Below, piece after piece: positions 14,345-25,443 of a stretch of 35,441 nucleotides of DNA. The stretch comes from a virus (Duplodnaviria; Caudoviricetes). The stretch covers positions 1-35,441 of IMG/VR virus record IMGVR_UViG_3300005805_000243. One strand, 5' to 3'. Below the pieces are notes generated by a model. It worked only from the letters and a program-made list of their open reading frames with translations, was not told the DNA's origin and did not search any database. The position numbers and the translations under genes were made by a program. Numbering within the stretch: the first letter of the stretch is position 1; every line of letters starts with the position of its first letter.

Positions 14345-17300
14345 TTAAATTGCTGGCATTGCTATTGCTCTAAAATCTTTAATTCTTGGAACATCTACGG
14401 TATTTGTTCCAGTCATAACGATCTTTATAGCAAAAGAATTAAAATCATAAAATTTTCCAGAAGTTGCTGAAGTATATTCTACTGAATCACTGGCTTTGTT
14501 ATTTGTTCCTGGAGCAAAAACCAATTCTGTAAAATCTTCAAAAGAGGTTGATACATAAGCTGGTTGTTCAATTTGAGTCATTAGTTGCCAATTTCTATCA
14601 GTCCATTGTTGTGCATCTCCAGCGGCTAATATTTTATAATAAACTAAAATATTAGAACCTGCTGGTTTATGCACAGTAAGATATACACGAAGATCACCAG
14701 AATTGAATCCATCAGCAAGAGTTATTTTTTTGGTGACATAACGACAAAGTGCATTCCCATTTCTTCTATCAGTTTCTCCAGTAACATAAGCTGTTGCGGC
14801 GTATCCGCCTACTATAGCGCCACCACTAATTGTTACGGTAGGCGTTGATGTGTATCCAGAACCAGGATTTGTTATGTTAATTTTATCGATATATCTTCTG
14901 TTCGCTACACCACCAATTGTAGCCCCTGAAACGAGATTTGCTGTTCCAGTTGCTCTAACTCCGCCTGCTGGAGGTGCACTAATTGTTACTGTAGGAACTG
15001 TTGCTGAAGAATAATTTCCAACATTTGACATAAAAATGTTGCTATTGCTAATTCCTAAATTATTAATAATATTTTCTACAGGAAGTATAAAATATCTATC
15101 AACATCCAACACAGGGCTAATATCAGCATTTCTTGTTCTCATCGTAGCTTTGACTTTAAAGCTATCAACAGAAGTTGGTTCGATCACTCTTGAACCCGCT
15201 GTGTCCAACATTAAAGTTGTCATATTAGGAATTATTTGAACATATCCAGTAGATTGCCCAGATTTAGTTTTGGAAGTAAATGTGTGCTGCAAGAATGTAT
15301 TTGCAAAATTTATATCTTGTGTTTTAAGTACCATTACATCAACATTTGCATTTGCTGTCAATTTAAATTGAGGGTCAGCCCAATCTAAAGTAAAAATAGC
15401 TTCTGCTTGTTGTGTTGTGTCCCATTCATATTTGTATAATCTAAACATTAAATCGGTGTCTTGATCTGCTGTCCAAGTTGAGCTATTTTGCGATTTAAAG
15501 AAAGAACCAGCATAAGGCTGTTGCCCAACCGCATTACCAGTATTTACATCCTTTTCGTCTTTTATAGCGGTCCAAATAAAATAATTATTTGAATTAGATA
15601 GAACAACAAGAGCATGTTCTCCTGGCAACAAATGTACTGGAGACTCAAAAACAAATTCAGTGTATTTGGATGAATCTTCAAAATTTGGAAAATCAGAAGT
15701 CTTAACTTTATCTGGTGTTAAAACTACATCACTAAAAGGCACAGATTCTAATGCTGATGGATAACCATTTACACTGGGTCTTATTTGTATTCTGACAGGA
15801 AGTTGTTCATCCCTTGATTGAAAACATAATCTCACTTTAGATAAGAAAATTCCATCTGGATGTGCAACACCATCAACCAAAAATGTTTCAGCAACAGGGT
15901 CAACCCAAACTGTAGTGCCTTGAACTCTATCTTCTCTTTGACCGACTTGAATTCTTCTATCCTGTATAGCCGTATCAATTACTTGTCTGGGAGATATAGA
16001 AGATATAATTCTTTCTTGTTTTGTTTGTAGCGTGCCTTGAGCATAAAAAGTTTCAATTGCTCTCGAAAATGGATATTGCACAGAACCATCAACTTGATTA
16101 GATAATTTAAAGTTCTTTAATCCTGTAGTGAACAGTCCTCCTGGAATATGAAAAGTTCCAGCGAGACAGCCGTGTCTATCCATTTTCATATTACCAATTT
16201 GAACTATAGAATTTGCGCCTGGAGCCACTGCAAACGGTGGAGAAACCGTCATCAATCTAGTGCCTGAAGCATAACCTGTTATAATAGATTGCTGGCCAGC
16301 ACCAGTACCTTTAACAATTCTTATAGGAGTTTCATTTAAAGTATAAGTTATGGAGGCACCGTTAGCATCGGGTGCTAACGTAAACGTTGTGGTTGTAGGA
16401 GCTACAGAAGTATTTACAAAACACGAGTTCAAATTATATGACACCACTTGAGCATTGAAAGACGAAGTGTTGCCTTGAACGAAAATTCCTGTTGACCAGC
16501 TAGTTAATGGACTAACGGACAGACTCACATTGGCAACGTATAGCTGAGTATTTGACACTAATACAGCATCAGCGTTACCTATGATTGTTCCTCCATTTTT
16601 TATCAAAACTCTTTCTGGCATTGCATTGTTTGCATAATAACCTAATGCTCCAGTGTTAAAGGTGAAAACATTTTTAATTGATACATTATTAGAAATACTG
16701 GTGTCATCAAAGAAAGGATAAGCGACTTCAAATGGGCGCATTCCTTGTAATGTGAATCCGAGATCAAGTGCTCTCATATAAGGAATAACAGAAGTATCAA
16801 TTACAGTTTCACCTAAGCTAGTCAAAACGGTTTCTGGAACAAAATACGTTAATGTGCCACTCCTTCTTTGATCTTCCATGATTGATACTGGAGTGACTGT
16901 ATCCGTTCTCCACCATCTACGTCCACTAAGCGTTTCTGTGCGAGTTGGACCGCGAATTTCTACAAGATTGCCGACTCTTGACCAAGATTCCCATTCCCAT
17001 TCTGCCCAAGATGAAACTTCATTAATATAATCAATCATGTTTTCATTTCCAGCATCTTGAATGATTAAATCTGGAAGGGTAACTGTATCGATCCAAACAT
17101 CGGATTTTGGATTAAGTTTTAATGCACCAACAAAAAATTGCACATTGAATGGGTTAACACTCATTGCTGTAGTGGCATAAGGTTGATCAACAAAAATGAC
17201 ACTATCATTTGCATTCATATACACGAGTGAACCATCTCTTCTTGCATTGATTAATGAAGTAGTGCCGTTTTCTGGAGGATTCAATTTAAAATAAGATTCA

Positions 17301-20300
17301 GTTGTTCTAGTTTTTGTTGTTAATTCTTTCGTTTGACGATTAATTCCTGCGTTAAATTCGCCATTAATTAAATCAGCAACATTGAAGCCCGTAAAGCTAT
17401 CAGTTATGATGCCGTTCTTGCTTCTTCCATAAAGTGAAGTGTCAGATTTACTTAAAGCGTCATTTTCCAATAAAGAAAGTGCTGTGTAATATTCTATAGC
17501 TCTCAGACGATTTTCAATTTTGCCTATATCTGCCATTGTATATCGTCTATTTTCATACATTTTAAATTTAACGTCTCTTACGTTTTCTGTATATGCGGGG
17601 ATTTCAATATCACAAATTGATACTGAATTATCTTTCTCTGTTGGAATTCTTCTATCTAATGAGGGAGTACCACTAGAAATGTCATATATACCATTTTGTG
17701 CTAGGTGCAGTCTATCTACTCTTGGTAAATAGTGATCAAATGATACTCGAAGTTCTGCTTGGCGCTTTGGTATTTTGGCTCCTAATGTTCCAATGGTTCC
17801 ATAATTTCCCTCTATAGACCCTGGTGCTCCATCGGCTCTTGATGGCCTAAAATCCAAACAATCTCGTAAATCATACCCTTGAGAACCATTCTTAGAAAAA
17901 TATACTTCAATGTTATCATACCGATTTGCTGGATAAGATTCTACGGTAAATGCTCCACCTATGAGAGGCGCATGCTGATATCTATCAAAACAAATTACTA
18001 TAGCACCAACTGGGGCGGGTTGCCCTGCTTTTAACCTAATATAAGAATGTCGATATTCACTATCGGTTTGATTATTGACTAGGACATATCTACTGGTAAC
18101 ATCAGTGGCGGTTGCCAAATTAGTTTCATCGTTTATAACTCCGCTGCTGATTTGAAAAACTTTTGCTAGTCTTATAACATCTGCTACATAAAGCGACAAA
18201 TTTCTTTCTGCAATACGAGTTCCTGCGGTATTTGCATAGTGTACTTGTCCCATAGAACTGATTAAATTGGCTCCACTAGTAACGGTTGTAACAGTTGTTG
18301 TTGTTAAATCGATGTGTGTTGTATTTGCTTGTATAAATGTTTTTGTTCTTTGTGCTGCGGTTTGTAAAGTCGCAACCAAATCTATTTGCATATTATTTCC
18401 GCCAGTTACGGCAACTGTAACTGATGTAGTTCCATGACCAGTAATAGTAATAGCATTAGTTGGAATTATTTGCCCAGCGATATAAGAAGATGTTCCTTGA
18501 TCCACACAATATACAACATAGTTATTTCTAATTTCATCAGTTGTTGGTGTTGCAGACATAGCTGCAAAAGTGTCTGATGAACTTGAAGCTATAACGACAC
18601 TGCCGCTTGTCATAGTTCCAGAAAATCTTGCTTGATAAAAATAACTTCCTAATTTAAACGTGCCTTGATAAACATTACTTTGTCCGACATTAAATATTAA
18701 TTCTTCATTTAAATTATCAAAAAGTATTGCATTGTTTGTTGTGCCGAGTGTCGTTGGTTCTATTCCTAATCTTGTTGAAATGTCAGCAGAAGCATCTCTG
18801 GTTGTTCCTGTAAATGTAGCTAGACTCTCAACGTCTTTTGTATTAAAATTTATCTCAAAAACACTAGCTGTTGTTGGTATGGTGGCAAAAGGTGGTGATA
18901 CAGTAACGGTTCTAGTGGAACCATCATAATCAGCTATAATTTTATCTGTTTCGACAGCACCTGAACCAGAAGATATTCTAAAAAATGCGCCTGTATAAGC
19001 ATCATTCACGGGAGAAAATGTAGGAGGTAAAGTTATTTTTATGCCATCAGAAGTTACTGAAACAACATTTCCATTTAAACTTCCGATATTTGCATTAAAA
19101 ATTTCTGTAGCAAAAACAAATTGACTTGTGCATGCCGTCGCTGCTGGATCGGGAGAACTTACAAATTCACAAGATTTTATCTGTGCGGTTCCAATTTTTG
19201 TATTTTGAATTGTTTGAGTCGAAGTTGTATCAATTAGTGCAGCAGGAACACAGTGTAAATCTACAGATAGTAGACTATTAATATCAAATGTTTTAAAATG
19301 ATTGGAGGTATAAAAAAAGTTTCCATAATTCGCTCGAATTATTCGATCGGTTACATTAGCTGTAGTTCTTGCTTTGTTTACAGAAATAGTTTCCGGATAT
19401 TTTATATTAACTCTATATCCATTTACATATGCTGTTCCAGGGCTAACGATAACATCAAATTTTGAAGAATCGCTTGTGTTTGCTTTTGCTCTAACTTTAA
19501 ATGGATTTAAAACATAATTTCCCGATTCTTCAAACGTTCTCTTGGCCATTTCGTCGCCAAGTTTACTGTAAATCGTTGTTTTTTTTGTGTTTTGATATTT
19601 TCCCGAAACAAACTGTGCTAGTTGAATAAAATTAACTAAATCGTCAGTAGCATCGAGATCTCTTGTTGTTAAAGTCAATTCTACTTTATAGCGATCTGCG
19701 CCGGGAGCTTGATAGTTTGTTGCTTCTTGTGCGGGATCGATTAAAGATGAATCATCTGAGGCTTTGATAAAATATTCATTTATTTCCAAACCGACTCTTA
19801 CTGAAGCTGAAGTTGTGTCATATTTGCTTATGGCAACTGATTGTTGATCGACCTTTATAAAATAACCATTGTAGTATATAATGCCTTCATCTATACTAAA
19901 TGCTTGTCCTTCTCCTACAGCAGTAGTTTCTCCCCTAATTTCCGCAATAAATTGAGGTGTTCCAGTGGTTCTTATTTCTTCTCCAGGAACAAATGGATCA
20001 CCAAAAACTTGTTGTATTAAAAGTGTGGGCGGTTCATCTAGCCCCAAGTCTTCTGGAATAGCAACAACAACTTTAGCTCTTTTTGTGTTGCTTGCATTGG
20101 TAATTATTTTATTTTCAAAATTAGTTATATCTATTGGAGCGCCAGCACGAGTAGTATTTAATTTCAAAAACGCACAAATCTGTTTAGTGTAAGAACATCC
20201 TAAAATGGGACTCCCATTTACAAAAATAGAATTTCCAAATCTTTCTATTTGTTTTTGTATTTGAGTTTGAAGTTGAGTTAATTCCCTTGCTTGAACCGCA

Positions 20301-20392
20301 TAACCTGGCTTAAAGAGAATTCTAAGAAACTTTTTATTTTCATCATAATCGTCATAGTAAGGATTAAAATTAAAGTTATTAGTGAGTGCCAT
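14345..20392 (-). CDS. Large virion structural protein, DUF4815/VrlC-like (2015 aa)
   Basis: N-terminus NPYYDDYDENKKFLRILFKPGYAVQARELTQLQ, APGADRYK, DPVAETFLV, GSFFKSQNSSTWT and C-terminal FAIKIVM...VPRIKDFRAIA; located after gp8. Confidence 0.85.
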   Translation of the reverse strand: MALTNNFNFNPYYDDYDENKKFLRILFKPGYAVQARELTQLQTQIQKQIERFGNSIFVNGSPILGCSYTKQICAFLKLNTTRAGAPIDITNFENKIITNASNTKRAKVVVAIPEDLGLDEPPTLLIQQVFGDPFVPGEEIRTTGTPQFIAEIRGETTAVGEGQAFSIDEGIIYYNGYFIKVDQQSVAISKYDTTSASVRVGLEINEYFIKASDDSSLIDPAQEATNYQAPGADRYKVELTLTTRDLDATDDLVNFIQLAQFVSGKYQNTKKTTIYSKLGDEMAKRTFEESGNYVLNPFKVRAKANTSDSSKFDVIVSPGTAYVNGYRVNIKYPETISVNKARTTANVTDRIIRANYGNFFYTSNHFKTFDINSLLSVDLHCVPAALIDTTSTQTIQNTKIGTAQIKSCEFVSSPDPAATACTSQFVFATEIFNANIGSLNGNVVSVTSDGIKITLPPTFSPVNDAYTGAFFRISSGSGAVETDKIIADYDGSTRTVTVSPPFATIPTTASVFEINFNTKDVESLATFTGTTRDASADISTRLGIEPTTLGTTNNAILFDNLNEELIFNVGQSNVYQGTFKLGSYFYQARFSGTMTSGSVVIASSSSDTFAAMSATPTTDEIRNNYVVYCVDQGTSSYIAGQIIPTNAITITGHGTTSVTVAVTGGNNMQIDLVATLQTAAQRTKTFIQANTTHIDLTTTTVTTVTSGANLISSMGQVHYANTAGTRIAERNLSLYVADVIRLAKVFQISSGVINDETNLATATDVTSRYVLVNNQTDSEYRHSYIRLKAGQPAPVGAIVICFDRYQHAPLIGGAFTVESYPANRYDNIEVYFSKNGSQGYDLRDCLDFRPSRADGAPGSIEGNYGTIGTLGAKIPKRQAELRVSFDHYLPRVDRLHLAQNGIYDISSGTPSLDRRIPTEKDNSVSICDIEIPAYTENVRDVKFKMYENRRYTMADIGKIENRLRAIEYYTALSLLENDALSKSDTSLYGRSKNGIITDSFTGFNVADLINGEFNAGINRQTKELTTKTRTTESYFKLNPPENGTTSLINARRDGSLVYMNANDSVIFVDQPYATTAMSVNPFNVQFFVGALKLNPKSDVWIDTVTLPDLIIQDAGNENMIDYINEVSSWAEWEWESWSRVGNLVEIRGPTRTETLSGRRWWRTDTVTPVSIMEDQRRSGTLTYFVPETVLTSLGETVIDTSVIPYMRALDLGFTLQGMRPFEVAYPFFDDTSISNNVSIKNVFTFNTGALGYYANNAMPERVLIKNGGTIIGNADAVLVSNTQLYVANVSLSVSPLTSWSTGIFVQGNTSSFNAQVVSYNLNSCFVNTSVAPTTTTFTLAPDANGASITYTLNETPIRIVKGTGAGQQSIITGYASGTRLMTVSPPFAVAPGANSIVQIGNMKMDRHGCLAGTFHIPGGLFTTGLKNFKLSNQVDGSVQYPFSRAIETFYAQGTLQTKQERIISSISPRQVIDTAIQDRRIQVGQREDRVQGTTVWVDPVAETFLVDGVAHPDGIFLSKVRLCFQSRDEQLPVRIQIRPSVNGYPSALESVPFSDVVLTPDKVKTSDFPNFEDSSKYTEFVFESPVHLLPGEHALVVLSNSNNYFIWTAIKDEKDVNTGNAVGQQPYAGSFFKSQNSSTWTADQDTDLMFRLYKYEWDTTQQAEAIFTLDWADPQFKLTANANVDVMVLKTQDINFANTFLQHTFTSKTKSGQSTGYVQIIPNMTTLMLDTAGSRVIEPTSVDSFKVKATMRTRNADISPVLDVDRYFILPVENIINNLGISNSNIFMSNVGNYSSATVPTVTISAPPAGGVRATGTANLVSGATIGGVANRRYIDKINITNPGSGYTSTPTVTISGGAIVGGYAATAYVTGETDRRNGNALCRYVTKKITLADGFNSGDLRVYLTVHKPAGSNILVYYKILAAGDAQQWTDRNWQLMTQIEQPAYVSTSFEDFTELVFAPGTNNKASDSVEYTSATSGKFYDFNSFAIKIVMTGTNTVDVPRIKDFRAIAMPAI

Positions 20393-20401
20393 GGTTATCC
20401 T

Positions 20402-21964
20402 TTAAAATGTTAAAACAAATCTTAATAATTCTGCTTGGTTAGTTTTTCGTTCTACAGGGTTTATATTTTCTGTGTATAAAATATCTCCTGTATAGGGTTG
20501 AAATTCTGGATAAGTAATTTTAATAGCATTTCTTCTTCGAGTTGAAGTTGCTCCAAATAATATTCCACCCAAAGTAAACGTTCCTTTAACTTTTGATAAT
20601 TTTATATTAGTTACTGTTTGCGAATTGACATATCCAGAAAATGTCGGGTTCGCAAGTGTTCCTTGATATACAAATTCATTAATTGTATATGAATCACCAG
20701 TTGTTAAAGTAATGTCATATAGCTGCGATATTGCGGTATTTGCTGTTGTGCTATTAACTGGTGTTGTACTACCGTATTTATGTGGATCTCTTAGAAATCC
20801 ATATTGTCTAAATTTCATATCTGAAGAAATAATGCCGCCTTGTGTAGCATCACCCTCTCCTATTTTTACAGCAATCATTACTGAACTAGCGCCAAGCTCT
20901 TTAGCGGGATTATAACCATGACCGAATTTAGGTGATAATACTGGTCTAATAACTGCACCCGTTCCAGCAGAATATATCACAACATTCGCTTCTGTATATC
21001 CAGCACCAAAGGAAGACATTTCTGCTTTTGTAATAACGTTAGCAGTTGACAATGCTAACTGAAGCGTACCACTTCCCGGAACGGCTCCAGTTCCATTTCC
21101 CTCTATTACTATTCTGGGTGTAAACGTTAAATTATTCGTAACACCAGCATAAGTTCCTGTTCCAGCCGGTACTGTGTTTTGTGAAAGAATGACTTGATTT
21201 TGCCCGGGATTCAATGATTGCACTATTGTTCCAGTTGATACGTTGGTGCCAGAAACATGCATTCCGACAGCAACACCAGTCAAATTTTGTAGAGTTATGG
21301 TATTTTTATTGGCACCGAAATCAATCGATGATTTTGTCACTCTAGCATAACCGCTACCTCCATTTACCACCACCAAATTGTATATGGCACCTTGATCCAA
21401 ATAGGAATATGAAGTTCCGTATCCAGAAACATTTGAGCTTAAAGGCACGGGAACATAATCTAATGATATAAATTTACTTCCAGCTGGATAAGTGAACATG
21501 TATTTCCATAAATATCTATCGGTCGGTCTAACTACACCTTTATTTGCGGCTGTTGGGTTTATAGATGGAAGAACTGTTGAGCGAGCACCATTATTGTTAA
21601 ACAAACATTTCCACACTCTTCTTGTTGCTCTATCAACCACATAATAATTTTTTGTTGACATATCTTGTGTATCATCATATTGATCATAAACAGTATTGAT
21701 AGTCCAATCAACCACAGGAAGAACTATGTTTATGTCTGAACCTGTAATTCTTTTGGCTGCAATCATATTATTCCATACATCTATTTCATCTTTCCAATCA
21801 TCAGATATTTCTGGAATTTGTGGAGTTGTTGTATCATCGACATACGGAACATGATTACCAATAAAGACATAGCCTATGGAAGTTGGTTCTGGTTCATAAA
21901 AACTTTCATTGAATTGTTCGGCTAAGAACAAAGATAATTTATTTGATGTATAATTTGTTGGCAT
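20402..21964 (-). CDS. gp8: Baseplate wedge subunit gp8-like
   Basis: YVFIG, WNNMIAAKRI, YYVV...VWKCLFNN, DRYLWKYMFT, FRQYG, GDILYTEN; follows gp7. Confidence 0.85.
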   Translation of the reverse strand: MPTNYTSNKLSLFLAEQFNESFYEPEPTSIGYVFIGNHVPYVDDTTTPQIPEISDDWKDEIDVWNNMIAAKRITGSDINIVLPVVDWTINTVYDQYDDTQDMSTKNYYVVDRATRRVWKCLFNNNGARSTVLPSINPTAANKGVVRPTDRYLWKYMFTYPAGSKFISLDYVPVPLSSNVSGYGTSYSYLDQGAIYNLVVVNGGSGYARVTKSSIDFGANKNTITLQNLTGVAVGMHVSGTNVSTGTIVQSLNPGQNQVILSQNTVPAGTGTYAGVTNNLTFTPRIVIEGNGTGAVPGSGTLQLALSTANVITKAEMSSFGAGYTEANVVIYSAGTGAVIRPVLSPKFGHGYNPAKELGASSVMIAVKIGEGDATQGGIISSDMKFRQYGFLRDPHKYGSTTPVNSTTANTAISQLYDITLTTGDSYTINEFVYQGTLANPTFSGYVNSQTVTNIKLSKVKGTFTLGGILFGATSTRRRNAIKITYPEFQPYTGDILYTENINPVERKTNQAELLRFVLTF

Positions 21965-21969
21965 AAAAC

Positions 21970-21977
21970 TATTTATC
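21970..21977 (-). promoter_or_regulatory. Late-promoter-like GATAAATA upstream of gp8
   Basis: Motif 5 nt upstream of ATG 21964. Confidence 0.5.
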
Positions 21978-21984
21978 TATCTGT

Positions 21985-24900
21985 TTAAGGTGTTGTTACT
22001 TCAATACCTGTAGAAACTATTTTTTGAGTTGTATCTTCATTAAATACGACAGATTCAGTTGGAGTATATTCATTAAAAACCACAGTTCCAGACGGGTGTA
22101 AAAGTTTCAAAAATGATTCTTTGAATTTTGAAAATTGTTGTTTAGTTCTCAAAATGTAAGAACCTGTATTGAATAACGTACTGTCCTGTAATTTTTTATC
22201 GCTTGATAAAAGGCTACTATTGTCCAAATACCTTCCATCATATTCAAAATATGAATCATTTATAACTGCTTGTAAATTGGCCGTTCCATCACCAGAATTG
22301 GTCATTATTATTGCGGGTGCAACTCTATATCCTACTCCCTTATCAAAAATTTGTATTTCTTCAATTCCTCCAGCTTTTTTGGTAGACGAAAGGGATATAG
22401 ATTCTGAATCGCCCATTAAAGCTGTGACAGTTAATACTGCGCCGGTTCCAGTAGAAGATTGAACATTTATTGTTGGCAATCTATGATTATCATATCCATA
22501 TCCTCCAATTGGGAAAGAATTATATAACCCTATTTCTGTATTTTGTTTGGACGTAGTAAAAGCAGAAGTTACATTTATTTGCGTATTTGACACTATTTGT
22601 GATATGGTTCTTCTTTGATTAAAAACCATCACATCTCTTCCAACTCCAAATCCATCGACTAAAAATGTGGAACCATAGCCAGTTATTGTATTACTTCCAG
22701 CAACTATTCCTACATTAAAACAATTGCCTGATGGTGGATGTGGTTGAAATTGTATAGAGGTTATTCCGCCCGAAGCGTCAACTTTATCTACGGCCGCCGA
22801 ACAACCAGAACCATGCGTTCTTCCTGGAATGGGAATAAATCTTAACTTGTCTCCAACTTGATAACCACTTCCCTTATTATTTATTTCTACTCTTCCTATT
22901 GAACCCATGCTATCTACTGCGAAAGGAAAGCCTTGTGAAGTTCTATTGGATACTATTATTGTGTTTGGTGAAAGCGCGTCGGTTAAATAAAATTGTAAAT
23001 TTGGAGAATTTAAATTACTGTCCAAAATTATGCCAGAAGTGATGGGTCCCAATTCTGTAAATGTGGAAAAAGAAAAGGCGTCTATCAATCTTGTCAATGA
23101 ATTTGGTGATACTATTGCAGAATTACTAAAACCTAATGATGTTTTATAATTAGCTGCATCGACTTTCGTGGTGGCCAATTCTATAATTAAATCGGTATTG
23201 TAAGTATAAGTATTAGGTGATAAAACTCCACTTTTTTCTACATCAACAATTGCGCCATTGGCTGTTGCTTCTCCGGCAGTTAATGTAAAAGTAAAGGTGG
23301 CTCCGTTTGCCCCTCCACTGAGTGCTGTAATTCCTGTTGGTGGTGAGGTATAAACACCAGCTCTTATAAGTTGTATGTTTGCAATTGGTCCACCAGTGGC
23401 GGCGACGGTCGAGGCAAAAACACGAGCATTGGCAGTAAAATCTGGACTTAAAGCTGTTCCGCCAGTAAACGTTAAAAAGGTATTAGCATTAACAAAAGCT
23501 CCAACATTTGCTGTTATTGAACCTATGCCAAAAAGACGATTGTCATATACCTTAATTCCATCTCCAGCCCTAAATCCTGAACCACCATAATTTATTATGA
23601 GTTGATTTAATAAACCAGAAAAAACTTTGGACACTATTGCATTTGCTGGCTCAATAAATTGTCCGCCAATCATTATAATAGGGTCTCCCACATTATACGA
23701 TGACCCTTCATTTATAACATTTATTGTTTGTAACCCAGAATATCCTGGTAAATATAAGTCAATTAAATTATCCTCTTTATTCAAAACCGTTGTCTTGAAG
23801 TCTTCACCATTAATAAAATTGTCTCGGGTGGTTCTATCACTTATTTCAAATTCTAAAATATCTGTGCCTTCATTATTATAAGAAAGATATGTTTCAATAA
23901 TACCGGTTGCGCCAGAAGTGTTTCCTGTTATTTTTCTATTGTTTAATAACGCTGGATCAAAATTGTTGTAAGAAATTTTTATTTCACTTCCATTTGATAC
24001 GGATTTTGAAAAAACTATCTTTTTATATTCTTTCTGAATATAGTAATCAGGAGGTAAGTCGAATTGATAGATTGTATCGGTGCCTATGCCACCATAATAT
24101 ATTACATCACCCTCTGGCTTAACAGTGAGCATGTAAGAGGTTCCTTCACCAACCGAGGGGGTAAATGTTATATCAGTTGTTGCGCTAACAATATTCCACG
24201 CTTCACTCATACTAAAAGAGCGAATCGTGTCTGTGTTATATCCGATCAAATAAAATAGAGTTCCATCAGGCTTAAAGTGTATACCTGTAGCGCCGACCTC
24301 TCCAGTAGTTGTTCTTTGTCCAAAATATGCCGCGGTATTAACTTGCCAAGGCGTACTTAGAGTAAATTGGTATATTCTATCTGTTGTTTCATTTACAACA
24401 TAAACGTTAGCACCAGAAGTGTCAAATTTAACATCTCTTAAACCAGCTGCAGGAACAACGGTCGGTAAGGCGGTAGCAAGAATAGATGTAACATTTACAT
24501 TATATGTAAATTGTGAAGATAAAGTGCTTAAATTCCATGGTTCTTGAAATTCACACTGTATTATTCGATTATTTCCATCAGTGGATTGACAAAAATACAA
24601 TTGACTTCCATCGGGTCTAAAATCTAATCCTACAACATCTGTGGTCGAACCAAAAGTAGTCAATGCTGCGCTTTGTTGAATAGCACTTGTGGATGCACTT
24701 TGAATATTCCATGCCTCAGAAAGGGAGTGTTTATGAATACTGTTTGTGGTGTTATCAATAACAAATAGTTCTGTGCCATCAGGTTTAAATTTTATTTGTG
24801 CTGGATTAAGATAGGGAAACTTAAATTTTTTACCGGTATAAATCGCATTATCTAGTTGCCAAAAATTAACTGTCTGTAAAACCCCATTAACATAGACAGA

Positions 24901-25443
24901 AACATCATTAACTGTTGCTTCTTGCGGTAAATAAAAAGTTGTATTCGATGCAACACCATTAAATTTATCAACACCAGAAATATACCTTGCATAAACTTGA
25001 GGAAGACACCGAACGACTTTTGATATTTTCCAATTTCCTCCTGATGCTAGTAAAACATCATTTCTTGGAATCGTGACATTTACCTCTTCATTAAATAAAG
25101 CTCTAAAAAAATATTTAATCGACCTTTCATTTCCTTTTGATAGATAAAGAGGTATTGAATTTTTTATTAAGAGACTTTTAGAAGCTAAAGTGTCTCTAGG
25201 AAATAATTCCAAAAATGTTTTGAAAAAATATTCTTCAAACTCGTCTAGATTTTGATCTATATCCGAAATGGTGTAAAACTTTTTTGCCTTATAATTTAGA
25301 TCGTTTTTTTGTGTTCCTAATTTATTTTCTAAAAATTCATAATATGCCTCCATAAAACGAATGAAGGTTGGATAATCCTCTTTAACAAAATCAGGAAATT
25401 GATTTTCAACAACTAGAGATTGTTTATTATCAGTATAACTCAT
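21985..25443 (-). CDS. gp7: Baseplate wedge initiator gp7-like with an inserted beta-propeller
   Basis: QFPDFVKEDYPTFIRFMEAYYEFLE, LYLSKGNERSIKYFFRALFNE and C-terminal KLQDS...SY...LLHPSG; between gp6 and gp8. Confidence 0.8.
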   Translation of the reverse strand: MSYTDNKQSLVVENQFPDFVKEDYPTFIRFMEAYYEFLENKLGTQKNDLNYKAKKFYTISDIDQNLDEFEEYFFKTFLELFPRDTLASKSLLIKNSIPLYLSKGNERSIKYFFRALFNEEVNVTIPRNDVLLASGGNWKISKVVRCLPQVYARYISGVDKFNGVASNTTFYLPQEATVNDVSVYVNGVLQTVNFWQLDNAIYTGKKFKFPYLNPAQIKFKPDGTELFVIDNTTNSIHKHSLSEAWNIQSASTSAIQQSAALTTFGSTTDVVGLDFRPDGSQLYFCQSTDGNNRIIQCEFQEPWNLSTLSSQFTYNVNVTSILATALPTVVPAAGLRDVKFDTSGANVYVVNETTDRIYQFTLSTPWQVNTAAYFGQRTTTGEVGATGIHFKPDGTLFYLIGYNTDTIRSFSMSEAWNIVSATTDITFTPSVGEGTSYMLTVKPEGDVIYYGGIGTDTIYQFDLPPDYYIQKEYKKIVFSKSVSNGSEIKISYNNFDPALLNNRKITGNTSGATGIIETYLSYNNEGTDILEFEISDRTTRDNFINGEDFKTTVLNKEDNLIDLYLPGYSGLQTINVINEGSSYNVGDPIIMIGGQFIEPANAIVSKVFSGLLNQLIINYGGSGFRAGDGIKVYDNRLFGIGSITANVGAFVNANTFLTFTGGTALSPDFTANARVFASTVAATGGPIANIQLIRAGVYTSPPTGITALSGGANGATFTFTLTAGEATANGAIVDVEKSGVLSPNTYTYNTDLIIELATTKVDAANYKTSLGFSNSAIVSPNSLTRLIDAFSFSTFTELGPITSGIILDSNLNSPNLQFYLTDALSPNTIIVSNRTSQGFPFAVDSMGSIGRVEINNKGSGYQVGDKLRFIPIPGRTHGSGCSAAVDKVDASGGITSIQFQPHPPSGNCFNVGIVAGSNTITGYGSTFLVDGFGVGRDVMVFNQRRTISQIVSNTQINVTSAFTTSKQNTEIGLYNSFPIGGYGYDNHRLPTINVQSSTGTGAVLTVTALMGDSESISLSSTKKAGGIEEIQIFDKGVGYRVAPAIIMTNSGDGTANLQAVINDSYFEYDGRYLDNSSLLSSDKKLQDSTLFNTGSYILRTKQQFSKFKESFLKLLHPSGTVVFNEYTPTESVVFNEDTTQKIVSTGIEVTTP

